Of a DNA stretch of 64,000 bases, positions 14,542 to 27,948 are shown piece by piece (within the stretch, counting starts at the first letter, position 1; each line of letters starts with the position of its first letter). A program made the position numbers and the translations under genes. The DNA comes from the human T2T-CHM13v2.0 reference genome, Homo sapiens. The notes beneath the pieces are model-generated. The model was not told the DNA's origin, ran no database searches, and worked only from the letters and a program-made list of their open reading frames with translations. The DNA is taken from the NCBI RefSeq assembly GCF_009914755.1, contig NC_060931.1; one strand, given 5' to 3'.

Positions 14542-15659
14542 GGACTTAATTTTCAAATATTGATTCAATGATGAAAATTGTAGGGATAAGCAGTATTTAT
14601 TTAAGACAATGCATCCAAACAATGTCAATGCATACCAGTGCTCAAATTAAGCAACAATTTTATAGTTTTTCAACTCCATCTTCTTTTTTGGATATCTAGT
14701 AAAAGTTTAAAAAAATCTGTAAAGCAGGGAATAATATTTACTCCACAGCTTTGTCATAAATATTATAATGGGTAGTATTATTGATATGGTAAACTTTGGA
14801 CTCTGTTACACTTATCTACTATAATTTATGTGTGCCAAAAATGTAGCTTATTTTTTTCTCTTTTATTAAAAATATCTTGCTCATGAGCCCCCATTCCTTC
14901 TGATGATGGGGAGGAGATAGGGATGAAATGGACATAATCATGCCAATCAAAACTGACTTGGTCCCTTCTGGTTTAGGGCCATCATTTTCAGGTCAGTCTT
15001 CAGCCAATATGAGTAGAAATTGCCCTTGCTGCTGCTCTTCTTGCTCAAGGGGCCTCTATCTTACAGCCTTGCACAGGCTACATGTGACACTAGGGCTCGG
15101 ATGTCAATGACAGAAAAGGGTGAAGGTTTCTTCAAAAATGAGACATACTCAAAATTCCAACTAAAATTTAATTTTAGAGGGAGTCTATTTGGTTGATTGA
15201 CAAAATGTTCCCTAAGAGAGTGGGAAAGCAAAGAGGTGGGCCTCATAATTTAGTTAGTGTGGCTTTCCTTTGACCCAATTCTCTTACATGTTGGATAAAT
15301 TTCTCTGGCAAATTGAATAATTTTCACAAGTCAATTACATACATTCCCTCAGCCTGTTTGAGCGTAATGAAATAGCTTAATAGAATAAAACAATAACCCC
15401 CAAGATGATGATGTTGGCTATTATTAAGTATAACAATAGGAATTAATTATGACAGGAGAAAGGATAATTGATGACTTGGAAAATATATTCTAAAACTCTC
15501 TCTCTTACGACTTCAGAGACACTTCTAGAGCTATGTGGTTTTCTGAATGCTTTTGAATAGGATTATTAATAACTTTTTTTTAATCCCTTACATTTGGTTA
15601 GTTCCTTACAAAACACTGTCATGCACAGAATCTTGTTTTTAATTTAACCAACCCTTACA

Positions 15660-16050
15660 GGATGCCATGTGGCAGGCCCCATTCAGAGCACTTCACACAT
15701 TAACTCCCTCAATGCCCCCACACCGACTGTCTGCTCTGTGATTCAGATTGATCTTTTACAAATGAGGAAACTGAATCTTAGAGAGAATCAGGAACTCATG
15801 CTAGGTCTCCCCACTGGGAAGTGGCAGAACAGAGATTTGGATCCAATCTGCTTCCTGGGTCGCTTTTAGCCACAACACTATTCTACCTACCTCTCATTTC
15901 AGCCTTACAAATACCCTGCAAAGTAGGAATGTTTAGCTCCATTTTCCCAAAGATAAAACATTATCTGAAACAGAGGTTAAGTTATTTGCCAGAATTGTAG
16001 AGCTACATAGTAAGCATCAGAGCCAGAATTCAGACCCTTGTTTTCCACCC
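15660..16050 (-). mobile_element. Two adjacent MIR fragments
   Basis: ttttacaaatgaggaaactgaa...; ctccattttcc...agaggttaagttatttgcc...agagccagaattcagaccc. Confidence 0.7.
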
Positions 16051-16299
16051 TTAAATAAGCACAATTTCTGATGTGCCCTTATGAAGCAATAAGTTATTTT
16101 ACTCAAAGCTGTATATATTTTTAGAACTTTGAAGCACTGAGGAAAAAATAATACTGTATTTCCTTTTGGAAAAAATATTGGGCACAAATTTGGAGGGTTG
16201 GTAGAAACATATGCAGTTCTTTTTAACTAGAGACACTGTCAATTTAGCAACATAGACACATCAAATGCTTGAACAACAGGGATCATATTGTCTCCTACT

Positions 16300-16447
16300 A
16301 ATTCTTAAATTTTCTGTGCAAAAGTTTTTGGAGAAGTTTTCATTCGTGCATGTTCTCAGGCTCCAACTCAGGAATTCTCATTCAGTAGATCTGAGGTCAG
16401 GCTCAGGAATCGGAATCTTTAACAGACACTCCCAGGGTAATGAATGC
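16300..16447. mobile_element. MER5-family MITE
   Basis: ttctcattcagtagatctgaggtcaggctcaggaatc.gaatctttaaca...ctcccagg. Confidence 0.65.
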
Positions 16448-17615
16448 TCATTTTTTAAATGAGGGAAGAGGAGTGACTTGCCCTGCCCAGATTGACTGAG
16501 ATGCTAGAAAATCATGACTCTAAGGTTGACGTGGCATTAAGGGTACTTGCTTTGTTCATAAGATGACATGTTTTATTTATGAAATTCAAAGATCCACTTA
16601 TTCACATCGAATCACGAACTCACTAATGCAATTTATTGAGTGAGATAGAACTTTCTTATGAATGAAGCTAAGAGCTACTGAATTTTAAGGAACTAAATAT
16701 TACTGAGGTTTTGCAACTTAATGAATGTAAGTAAGTAGCACCACTTATAATCCCCAAGAACTTAGTTTGATTAATTGTATCAACACTAATGTCTGAAATC
16801 AAATATATGCAAAATTACTTTAAAGAGACAGAAGGCTACCTAGGGACCTAGAGAGAGATAGACCATAGCCAAATTAATGGCATTAGCTAAAAATATATCA
16901 GCAAAAGGAAGGAGTCTGCATAGAATACAAAAATGGGTATTGGAGAGCCAGAGAGGCTCAAAGTATCCAGAACTGTCTGGGAAACAAGAAAACCTGACTC
17001 TGTTCCATTCAAGGGTGTGCCCTTGACCCCTTCTGGTGTGCCTGCCCAGCCCATAGCCCCCTTCTCTGAGCCTTCCCCAACTCAGCCCACCGTGGTTGGT
17101 CCTGCATGCCGTATTTATAGTATACCAGCTTGCCCTTCGGGCCACAGTTGTTTGCAGGGGTGGTAACAGACCCAGAACTGGGCAGTCAGATTCTCCATCA
17201 TGGAAAGGTCTAATTGGGATTCAAAGTCTCTCATTTGTCTCTTCCAGTTGCTTCGTATATAAACTCGGGGGCTTCTAGAGCCCAGGTGGAGAAAGAGGTG
17301 CCTTAAAGAGAAGGCCCAGAGAATGTGAGATATGTCCTCTGCCATTTGGGGGACTGGTTTCTGAATCGTATCTAAGAAATCTAAAGCATATGAGCTTGAC
17401 TGAAGAGGTGTGTGGCGCAGAATTAAGGATTGTGGCTTGGAAAGTGACAGCCTTCCCAGGGTTCTTGGGGCAGAAGGATGCAGGAATGTTTCCCAGGCCA
17501 GATGTGGACCTTTGTGCTAGTGAGAGCCAGCAGAAGTGGGGTTGTCTCATATCCAGTCCAAAAGGGCTGCCTCCACATGTAAGGGGAAAGAAACTAGAAG
17601 TAGATTCTTGAACAC

Positions 17616-17976
17616 TGTATTCATTTGCTAGGGCTGCTGTAACAAAATACCATAAGCTGGATGGCTTAAATCAACAGGAATATATTGTCTCACAGTCCTG
17701 AAAGCTAGAAGTTTATAATCAAGGTGTTGGCACAGTCATGCTCCCTCCAAAGCCTCTAGGGAAGGATCCTTCTTTGTCTCCTGCAGCTTTTGGTAGCAGC
17801 ATGCAGCAGACCTCTAATCTCTGCCTCTATTTTCACTAGGTCTTCTTCTCTGTGGGTCTGTGTCCAAATTTCCCTCTTTTTACAAAGATACCAGTTATAT
17901 TGGGTTAAGGGTCTACCTCATTTTAATTTGGTTAATTATATGTGCAATTTAAAATAAAGTCACATTTTGAGGTATT
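17616..17976 (-). mobile_element. MLT1C-like MaLR LTR
   Basis: tgtattcatttgctagggctgctgtaacaaaatacca...ggcttaaa.caacag...ctctagggaaggatccttc. Confidence 0.85.
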
Positions 17977-18930
17977 CAAATGTAATACGTATTAATTATA
18001 TAGAACTTGAAAAACACAGAAAATCATAAAATAAAAATCATCTCCAATCCCACCCTAGTTTATTTTTTGATTTTTCATATTTGCAAATTCTTACTTTCAG
18101 GGCAACAAAAGAAGAAAACTAAAATGGATTAGAAACATAATTAGCAGGGGCTGCGATTGTGCAGAATTTTCACCATTATGTGTTATGAGATATAGGCACT
18201 GCAGCATACTAGATTAAGTTTCTGAACTTTGGATGTTTCATATTGTGCTTTGTGTGAAAATGTCCGATCTGTTCCATGACCCGGTCACATGGAGTTACAG
18301 TGCTCCTATTCTATTCGTTTGTACTTTGAATTGTCGCACTCAGAGTGGGAAGAAAAAAAGTTGAATCTAGTGTTTTCCATTCCCAAATGACGGTGCAAAT
18401 TATTAAAGATTGGAAGTCATAGGGGCATGGGCTTCAAGAATAAAAAGTGGTAGGAAGAGAGCTTCAAACCATATCTACAACTGTTCAGGACAGAGACAGC
18501 CTGAGAAAGTTAAAATTCAGACCAGTATTTTGGAAAAGCAATTTACACATTAGCAAACCGAGGCTATGGCCCAAAGGGCTGTCTCAAAGTTATGGGCTAG
18601 CTGTAACCTGAACATGGAATGATGGATATTTAAGGTTTTTGTGACTAATGAAGTGCTTCATGCTGTTGCTAACACCTAACTTGAGCATTTCTTTACTTAA
18701 ACTTTTTTTTTTTTCTAAAAGAAACAATAAGCTTTTCTAGTTTACCTTGTAAGACTTTGAATGATCAAACCCAAGTCTGACAAGCAATGGCTCACAGAAT
18801 GTTTTATGTAGACCTTCTATTGTGTAGTTTTTAGAAATAATTTGGGAGAAGTAGAACCAGGTACCAATATATGTTGAACATTTACCTGCAACCTGAAAAA
18901 ATGATTTACTGTTCACATGTCCTTACTCAA

Positions 18931-18958
18931 CACACACACACACACACACACACACACA
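18931..18958. repeat. (CA)14 microsatellite
   Basis: Perfect CA run. Confidence 0.95.
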
Positions 18959-19297
18959 TTCATTTTAGTTCTTTTTGTTTCCTTTTTTCTAGAAAAGAGT
19001 TTAAAAAGGTAAAGAAGTACATGGGTGATTTTGGATCAATTTTCCATTTGAAACAGCTCAGCAAACAGCCGACTACGCCTAATGGGCCCTTGAAATGCTC
19101 TCTTTTATGAAATTCCAGATGTGAAAAAGGACACACTACAAAGTAAGTGGCAAAGGCTTAAGTGGCTTTTAGGAGCCTAAAGACAGAATTGAGAATCTGA
19201 TATTAAAATAACATAGCCAAGAAAGAAAGCAGTCAAAAGGTGTTAATAAGACGGAAGGTACTGCAATGTATAGGAAGTAGAGAAAAAAAATGGTTTT

Positions 19298-19350
19298 AAA
19301 AGGAAGTGCCTCTCTCTCTCTCTCTCATATTACAAAAAAAAGGAAGTGCC
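19298..19350 (+). mobile_element. TSD-flanked 27-nt micro-insertion (putative TPRT product)
   Basis: aaaaggaagtgcc at 19298-19310 and 19338-19350, first copy preceded by tttt; insert is (TC)8-atattac-aaaa. Confidence 0.6.
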
Positions 19351-19594
19351 ATTCTCATTGTGCTGAACTGGCCTTCTATAATCACAGCTGCTCCTATTAG
19401 GTGTGAAATACAATATATATTTTTAAAGAGCTCTTGATATTCCTTATCTTCCTCAGCAGTTTAATGAAAATTGAAAAGACTACACAAACCCATATGTGAG
19501 GTCAGCTGTATCTTTCTCTTCCCTTTTCCCTGTTTCATTCTTGGACAGTTCAGGACATTAATAGGATATTTCATTTGATTTTCTCTCTTTCCAG

Positions 19595-19745
19595 GCAATG
19601 CGTTATGTACCTATCAAATGTTTGGTAATCAATTCTTGATCTCTCCTGGAGGTCAGTCAATGACACCATCTAAATTGTCATCTCATTTCTTTCTTGAAAG
19701 AGAATCCATCTATTTCCTTTGAGCACATAGAGATTTCAGATGCAG
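19595..19745 (+). other. Candidate non-coding exon
   Basis: Acceptor ttttctctctttccag| and donor cag|gtaagg; 151 nt; stops in all three frames. Confidence 0.3.
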
Positions 19746-21570
19746 GTAAGGTACTAAACCATTCATGAACAAGATGACATTTTTTCTCATCAACACTGTC
19801 AGATTTGGCTTCTATAGGAGAGATGGACTTAGTTATTAAAAGGGTCTCTTTCATTTAAAGTTCCAGTTAATATGCTATTAACTCAACTCTCCTCCACTCA
19901 TCATTGTGAGGTCTCGGCATCTCTTTGAATTATTTTTATTTTGGGGTGGAGGGCATGAATGGAGGAGGAAGGATGTTGCAGATTCAGATATGAAGAAACA
20001 GAGACTTAAAGCCAATATTCTGAGGTTCAAGTCCGGGAAAATTGTAAATTGTCTATATTTACTGAAGTATATGATAAAATGTAAATAGGCTTGGAGTAGC
20101 CCCAGGCAGGTTAATAGGAGAAAAGAAATATCTCTGGAAGGGTAAGAAGAGCTGGGCAGAAGTAGAAAAACATTTAAATTGTGGCTCAGTGATTGAGGGG
20201 ATAATTTAAAAGTTAATGCCTTGAATAGTTATTAACAAATGAAATCCTAAAGTACCTATTGTTTGTTTTCACAATTGACGTGTCTTTTTCATGCACACAG
20301 TCCATTTACTGAGAGCACAGTCGGTTATGTAAACTTTTGTTTCTCCTGCAGATCCTGAATCTTTCAGAGATAGGCTTAAGTGTCATTTTCAGAAGGTTCG
20401 GCAAAAACCGAAACAGGCGTTGCATCTTTTTGGATGTTCGTGCTTCAAATTGGCTGGGGGCCGTTTTTAGCTTTTCAAATTAATAATTTGAAAAAGATGC
20501 TATGCCTATACATAATGACTTCATCTTGTCTGCAGAAATGATTCAAAACAGCAGTTGTTACATACAAGAGTCTCATTAAGTGAGATTTTGATGCAGGAGC
20601 ACAGGTACCGGTGTCAGCCACTGCTGTTGGGTAACTACTTAACTGTGGAAATAATGGCAGAGCAGAAGGTGTGAGTGAGCATTAACACTGATCTTCATTC
20701 TGCTGGGTGTTCAGCATCTCAAGTCCATTCTCATTTTGTTTTCCATTTGGTGCAATGTACTGCACTTAAGCAAAATTCCTTAGGGATTGCAAAAAATGGA
20801 ATTGCATATTTTTTTTTCAAGTAAGGTAAGGAATTTGTTTTGAAGAACATTCTAAGATATTTATGACGATCTTTGTAAAGACCCTATTTTACTCTACTGT
20901 CAGTTCCATCTCTTTGTTAAAACATCCCGATGAATGTTGTTGACATGCAAATAACTAAAATGAAACAAACCAGTAAAGCAACCACAATCTTACAAAATAA
21001 GCAAAATCCTATAAATTATCTGGAAAGAAATACTTTTCTTTGATGAACTTTTTTTCCCCCACTTTGTTTAAATGCAAAACAAGGCCTATTAACCAAGTCA
21101 CTGTATTAAAGACCTAACCAATAATTAGATGGTCTGAGAAAATGCCCAAGACAAGGCATATCCACAAGGGTCAGGGGAAGGTGATCTAAGGGTCTGGCTG
21201 AAACTCCATCAAACCCTGGAGGAATTCCCAGTTCTCCACGCACATTTCAAAACAGCTAGTGCCCTGAGTCATGACTAAATCCACAGGCATAACCCTTGTC
21301 CTATTTTTGTAGACAGTCAATCTGGAGAGCCACTCTCATTTTCAGTTTTATTCCACATAGCCTAGGTCCCGCCACTCTGCATCTGCGGCCTGACCTTTGC
21401 ACAGTGAAAATACAAAGCAGCAACAGACCAAGGCAACAGCAACAGACCTTGAGTGGGACAGAAAAGTCAATATGGAGGGGAGTGGGGGAAGCTCAAGGAA
21501 CATTTCCATGACAGTAGAAACTCTTCCATAAAATACTCACCAATTCTGGAAGGGAGCTTGATTCTTCTCA

Positions 21571-21812
21571 TTTTTTTCTTAATGTTTTTATTGTAATAAA
21601 ATATACATGACATAAAAATGATCATTTTCACCGTTGGTAAGTGTACAGTTCAGTGGCATTCAGTACATTCACATTGTTAGGCAAAAATCACCACCATCCA
21701 TTCCCAGAATTTTTCATCTTCCCAAACAGAAACTTTGTACCCATTAAACAATAGCTTCCCTTGCCCACCCGCAGCGCTTGGCAACCAACATTCTGCTTTC
21801 TGTCTCCATGAT
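21571..21812 (-). mobile_element. L1MB-type 3' end
   Basis: aagtgtacagttcagtggcatt.agtacattcacattgtt...cccaaacagaaactttgtacccattaaacaata...ctttctgtctc.atga. Confidence 0.85.
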
Positions 21813-23949
21813 CCTTGAATATTCTTGACAGTGCTGCCAACTGTAAGTATTCCTTAACTTTAGGAAACTTTTTGTTGTTTATTTTTAAAACCCATCAGAG
21901 AAAATGCACAGCAGCGAGGGAAGGCAAAAGCCTCCAGGGACCCATCTGAAAGAATGATTATGCCAATAATAAGGCCTGTAAAAGGAGCTATCATCCCTGA
22001 ATGAGGCAGGCTCTCACCCATGCCGTGCCAAACTTAAAGCAATGTTTCTGCTTTGAAATGATGGGTGATAGAGAGCACATTTATGCTGCAAATGGGAGAC
22101 AAATTCAATCACCTGGGCCGGTCGGTGCCCAGAAAGCCAGCATGTTGAGATGAATGTCTTCTGGATCTGGCATGTGGGTATTATTGGGAGAGGAAGCATT
22201 TGTTCTGGAGCCATTGTGATTAAAGAACCACAGGACCAGTCGGCTCATTTGTCTCGGTTTATCTAATTACCAGACCAAGATGAAGATTTTGGAATAGTTT
22301 AAAACACAGAAATGAAACCCATATGGGACTTAAACTGGATGTGGTCCCAGTTGTATGAATGAAATTCAGTTGTTTTCCCCATTTCTCTCTCTCCATTCCT
22401 TCCCAATGCCCCTACCTTCCCGAGAAAAACAAAATCAATTCAAATTGAAAAATAATTTTCACAGACAAAGTAGAGAGTGGGAAAACAGGATTAACAGTCA
22501 ACCTGGAAAATTCTGACCTTAACAAAATGCTATTCCCTTTGCAGCAGAAACAGGGCCATTTCACCCAAATTATCTGAATAATTATTTTAACTCATCATTT
22601 CTCTTTGCCATTGTGGATATAACCTAATGTTAAATTATGCCTCTAGTCCCAGTCACATCTTTCTGGAAAGTTTTCCTTATACTACATTAAAAAATTGTTT
22701 AAACAAATGTGCAGAGTTCACACATGGTGAAAAAATGAGCACATAGTGATGTAAATTTCTTGCAAAGAAAAAACCCTATATTTTGTCTATCAGTTCCAGT
22801 TAAACATACAGTAAACAATTTGGAGACACTCTTCAGCGGCCCTTTTTACTGACGCAGAGGACACGAGTTCCCAAGTACACACAGGCTAGCTAAAAACAGG
22901 ACATTAATTTCTGCTCCCACAAGCAGTACTGAGAGCCTTCTATCAAGGTTCTAGGGAAATCTGTTCTAGGACATGAAAAAAAACTGAAGAAATGACTTCT
23001 TTTTACATATGGATATCACTATGCATTCTGGGGGTATCAAAGGGAAAAAAAGTTCATCATAAAAATGAACGACTTTAGTAGTTTGTTCAGTCATGATCAG
23101 AGCAGAATAAATTCCTCTATCAGATTGTCTGGGAATGAGACCTGAGACTGATACATGTTGGCGTGGGGAAGGAGTCACTAAGAAGGTTACAGACATGTGG
23201 GCAAGGAGGGCAGTTGACTATGGGGGTCTGTCGTAGCGAGCAATGCTGAACCTGGGGAAGGGGATATAAAGGCCTGATGGGAGGTGGTGAGGGCTCAAAG
23301 AGAGGCATCGTCCTTACCTTTCCAGCTGCATAGCTTTGGGCAGTTCTCTACAATGTGATGATACTTGCACTGGTACAGCAGGACTGATTCCACAAGGCCA
23401 TGATGCAAAAGGGATGTGCCCAGAGAAATTCCCATGGAGGAAGGCAATTAATTGTAAGCAAACCTGGGAACACGTTGGGTGGGGGTTGTCCCTCTGAGGC
23501 CTGGTTGTCTAACCCTGAGGTAGGGTTCCTAAGGAGTAGGAGGGTTGCTAAGCCTCCTTAGGAGGAACGTGGGAGAGAAGTGCCTGTCTTTGCTCTGCTG
23601 GGATGCTCCCTGAGAGAAGGATCATGCATACAAGCTGTGGATCATCAGGCTGGTCTGATGCCAACCAATGGAAACAGCAGCTTCTTTTGAGAAAGAACAT
23701 GCCCAGGCCATGGATCGCTGCCTTTTGGCTTGCTCCATAGTATCCAGTCTCATAGGCAGGGGCTAATCTACCTGAAGTTCTTCCTCCTAAAAGCCTGTGC
23801 TGTATGAGTGATAGCAACTGAAAGGGGAAAAGGCTTGTTCTCCAAAAGTATGTGTTTGCAGGCTTGGGGCTTATTGGGCCCTTGATTCCGGCCACCTACA
23901 TATGATATGAAAGCTGTATTTCTATTTGGCATGTGTGTAAGGAGGAGAA

Positions 23950-24205
23950 AGTACTGTGTGTAAGTTAGGAGCACAGACTTGAGTATCATCAGATAGACTC
24001 AGGCTTAATCATTGCCTCTGTCACTTACTTGTATATAACCTTGGGTAGCTTACTAAACGTCTGTGTCTGTTTTCTCATCTGTAAAATCGGGATGATAATT
24101 ATGATTGTCTCATGAGATTGTTGTGAGGATTAAATGAGATAATATATGGAAAGCCCTTGGTGTAATATCTGGCTTAAGACTCAGCAGGGTGAGTATTCTT
24201 ATCAC
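23950..24205 (+). mobile_element. MIR SINE
   Basis: tttctcatctgtaaaatcgggatgataat...gttgtgaggattaaatgagataat. Confidence 0.85.
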
Positions 24206-25168
24206 ATTCATTGTATGAAAAAGGAAACAGAGCTCTGAGAAAATAACCAACTTTGCTCGGGAAGCTACCAGGCAGGTATTATTGTAGCCCTTTTTTACAG
24301 AAAGGCCTAGTTACTTACTCAAGATCACAACCTCTGGCCTTCAAAATGAGGTGTGCTGGGATTGGAACCAGTGAGAGCAATATCATAAAACTTCTCTGAC
24401 CTTCACATTCATTCACACAAACACCCATAAACAGCAGGAAGTGATCTTGGTTGAGGCTATCAGAGCCTCCTCTTGCTTTACTTTTCCACAAGGAGCCATT
24501 GTGGAAAATGAGTGCAGGCCTCCTTGTGCACAGGAGAGGGACAGAAGGAAAGAAGGCCCAGGAATGAAGAGAAGAGAACATGGAGAATTCTAGAAAATAG
24601 ACCTATACTCGAGAATAGTACAGAACCCATTAGAGCCTGAGTGTCATATGTGGGCTTATTTATTCAAAAAGAAATGTTTATTTGGTAAATGGATGATTAG
24701 AATGGCAAATTTACCAAATGTTTATTTGGTAAATGGATGGTTAGAAAGGCATCAGATATATTAAAAAATAGGATAATTCCTCAACCTTGTTTGAAACTTC
24801 AAACAATTCATTGTTTTTGTTTTCCTATTTAAATGAGACAAGTGATTTCATAATCTTTCCCTTATTGAACGGACCATTTTGTTGTTGTTTAACTGAACCA
24901 ACCCACTGCTTCGCTATCTTGAATAAAATGCCAAATTGAAATCTCCACATGGCTTTGATATTGATTGTCACAAAGTAAGTCAAACCAGTGAAATAGCTAC
25001 TGAGATTGAACGCTTTACTGAATTAGCAACTTCCCCCACAATGGTTTGGCCACTTCTTTCACTAAACCAACTAAATCAGCCAGTTGCTTTGAACACAGTT
25101 ATATTTTTTCCATGCCTTCCATAGCCACAGATAATCAGCATTTAACATCTCATGTATTCTATCAGTAA

Positions 25169-25564
<396 letters not shown>

Positions 25565-26229
25565 TGATAAATTCACTTTTCTAAATGTTTTCCCAATGTT
25601 ACTTTATAATGGACAGGTATTTGTGTGCAGTTTAATGGTGGTACCCTATACTTATTTGTCGTATTGATTTTCTTCTGCCACTGATGCACTGAAGTGCAAA
25701 GTGTTACATACACTTGCAGCTTGTTTTTGTACTCCGTTGGGGACAGAATCATAGATATAGCTGTTTAATCTTGGGATTGGAAAAGATCTGAAAGGCGATA
25801 TTGATGGGATAGGAATGTTTAAACCCTTTTGGCTTTCTCAATAAGAGACCAAATAAATGCAAAGCACGTGATATCTAAATAAAATCTGATATAACAAATA
25901 TTTCCCAATACTTAGCACAGTACTTAGCAAAATGTATATTTATTGATTATAAATGCTGCACAAAAGAGTCTACACTAGCCAATTATAAAATATTAAAGTA
26001 AGGCAACTTTTCAAAATGGTTTGGTGCATTGACTACTATCATTTATTTCATCACTATAATATGTGTATATTTGATACTTCAGAAACAAGATTCAGATAAA
26101 CTATTCTTTCCCTAAATTGGATACAACTGGTAATACTCTCCCCATTGAAACCACAACTTGCCAAGAAGTTGTTGGAAAACATTGTGACTCATGCTTCACC
26201 TTGAAAATCCTTCTTCAGTTCAGTGCATG

Positions 26230-26465
26230 AGCCCCTCAGAGAGCTCTTCCATGCACAAGGTTGTGCTATTATTCCCATCCACAAATTTCAGCTCTACTGT
26301 GCTAATTGCTTAGTGTTTGTGGGGTTGCATTTCCCCAACCAGGTTATAATCTCCTTGATGTAAAACAAGCATAAGAAAGAGATCTGACTCAACTTTCCTT
26401 TTATCTCTTGCAGCCCAGAGCACGGAGCTAGGCACATGGTAGGTAGCTAGTGAGTATTTATTCAT
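26230..26465 (+). mobile_element. L2 3' end
   Basis: cccagagcacggagctaggcacatggtaggtagctagtgagtattt. Confidence 0.55.
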
Positions 26466-26899
26466 CATTGCTCTGCAAAAGTCAGAGAAAGTTCCCTTCT
26501 TCCTCTGTGAGACATGAAAAATATTTTCTCAGTAACTACATCTTGACAAGGAGTAGCTTTCAGTGGAAATAAAACAACATTGAGAATGGAATCTATAGTT
26601 TGTGGTTTAACCTTTTTCCTATGAGATGTTTCTTCCAAACATAAAAGGCTTTAAAAATGCGGCTTTGCGTACTTACCTAACATGTAATTCATGGGGCTGA
26701 AGTCTCCTTCTTGCCTGCCCCCAAAGCCCCCTCTCCCACCCCTCCTGACTCAAGAGGATCATTTTTCTTGTTGCTGCTCCATCCTCCTCAGGTTCCCTTC
26801 TTCCTGACTCTGTTTATTCTTGTTTTACAACAAGCTGCTGTCAGTAAGACCTTCCTCAGAATCCATACAAATCTCAATATTTTAAGGAAAACTAAGCTT

Positions 26900-27490
26900 T
26901 TTTTCCAAATATAATATCAACCTATTTCCATTGTAGAAAAATTGGAAAGTGAAAAAATGGAAAAAAATAAGTAAATTATTATTCTACACCCCAGAAATAA
27001 CTGCTGCTAAAATTTGATGGATATCACTCTATTTTCTAACCTATATTCTAAGCATTTTAATGTATTTTTCTGTTTTACAGAATTGGAATTATACTACACT
27101 TATTATATAAAAACACTTTCTCATAACATTAAATATTTTTCTACTAAATGTCCCTAAACCTTTACTATGCCCAAGAATCACCTGAGAAGGATGCTCAGCT
27201 GCATCTTCTTAATTCTTCTGAACAGAGATCTTAAACAAATAATTCTGGGGTACTATCCAGGAGTCTGTGTTATTCATATGCATCCCTAGCCAATTATGAT
27301 GCAGTTATTTCTCAAACCATTCTTTAAGAAACATATTTCTACAGCATAATTTTTCATGGCTACATACTATTCTGTAATTACATATTCTGTTTAATTATAT
27401 GCTCCATATGTAATTACATATTATAGTTACATATATAATTACATATCCATATAGTTACATATTCTATAATTACATATTCCATAATTTATA
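26900..27490 (-). mobile_element. Old L1ME 3' fragment with MER5-like insert (~27145-27335) and AT-rich minisatellite (~27365-27487)
   Basis: acccagaaataactgctgctaa, aattggaattatact, ataatttttcatggctacatactattc; aagaatcacctgagaag for MER5. Confidence 0.5.
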
Positions 27491-27948
27491 CTATTTTTAA
27501 AATTCTCATTTTAGAAGTTACATGAACAAATAAAATGAAGTGGAGTGATATAAAGAAAAGAAGAATTTGAGGTCCTAAAAAACTGCAATTGATTTAATAT
27601 GGTTTAATTTACTCATAGGGTCTTTTTATTTGAACTATCTCCTGGCCAAATCCCAGAAATGAATAGGCTCTCCCAGAGTATACAGTGAGGTAATGTCTTG
27701 GTAAATTGAGTTAGAAAGAATGACATTTGCAAAATTTTACAGAAATTAAAACTACTGTTATAAAATCCATGTGTTGTCCAAAAATATTTATACCAAAAAT
27801 CTTAAGAAAATCTTCTTGTCCTAAGCCTCCTTACCTCTTTCTTTATCCTAGAACCTCATTTGTGACTGATTCTTCATATCTTTATCTGCATGCCTCTCTG
27901 AGTTTCTCCTTATGTCTATGCCATTCCCAATGTCTTTCCAGAACATTC

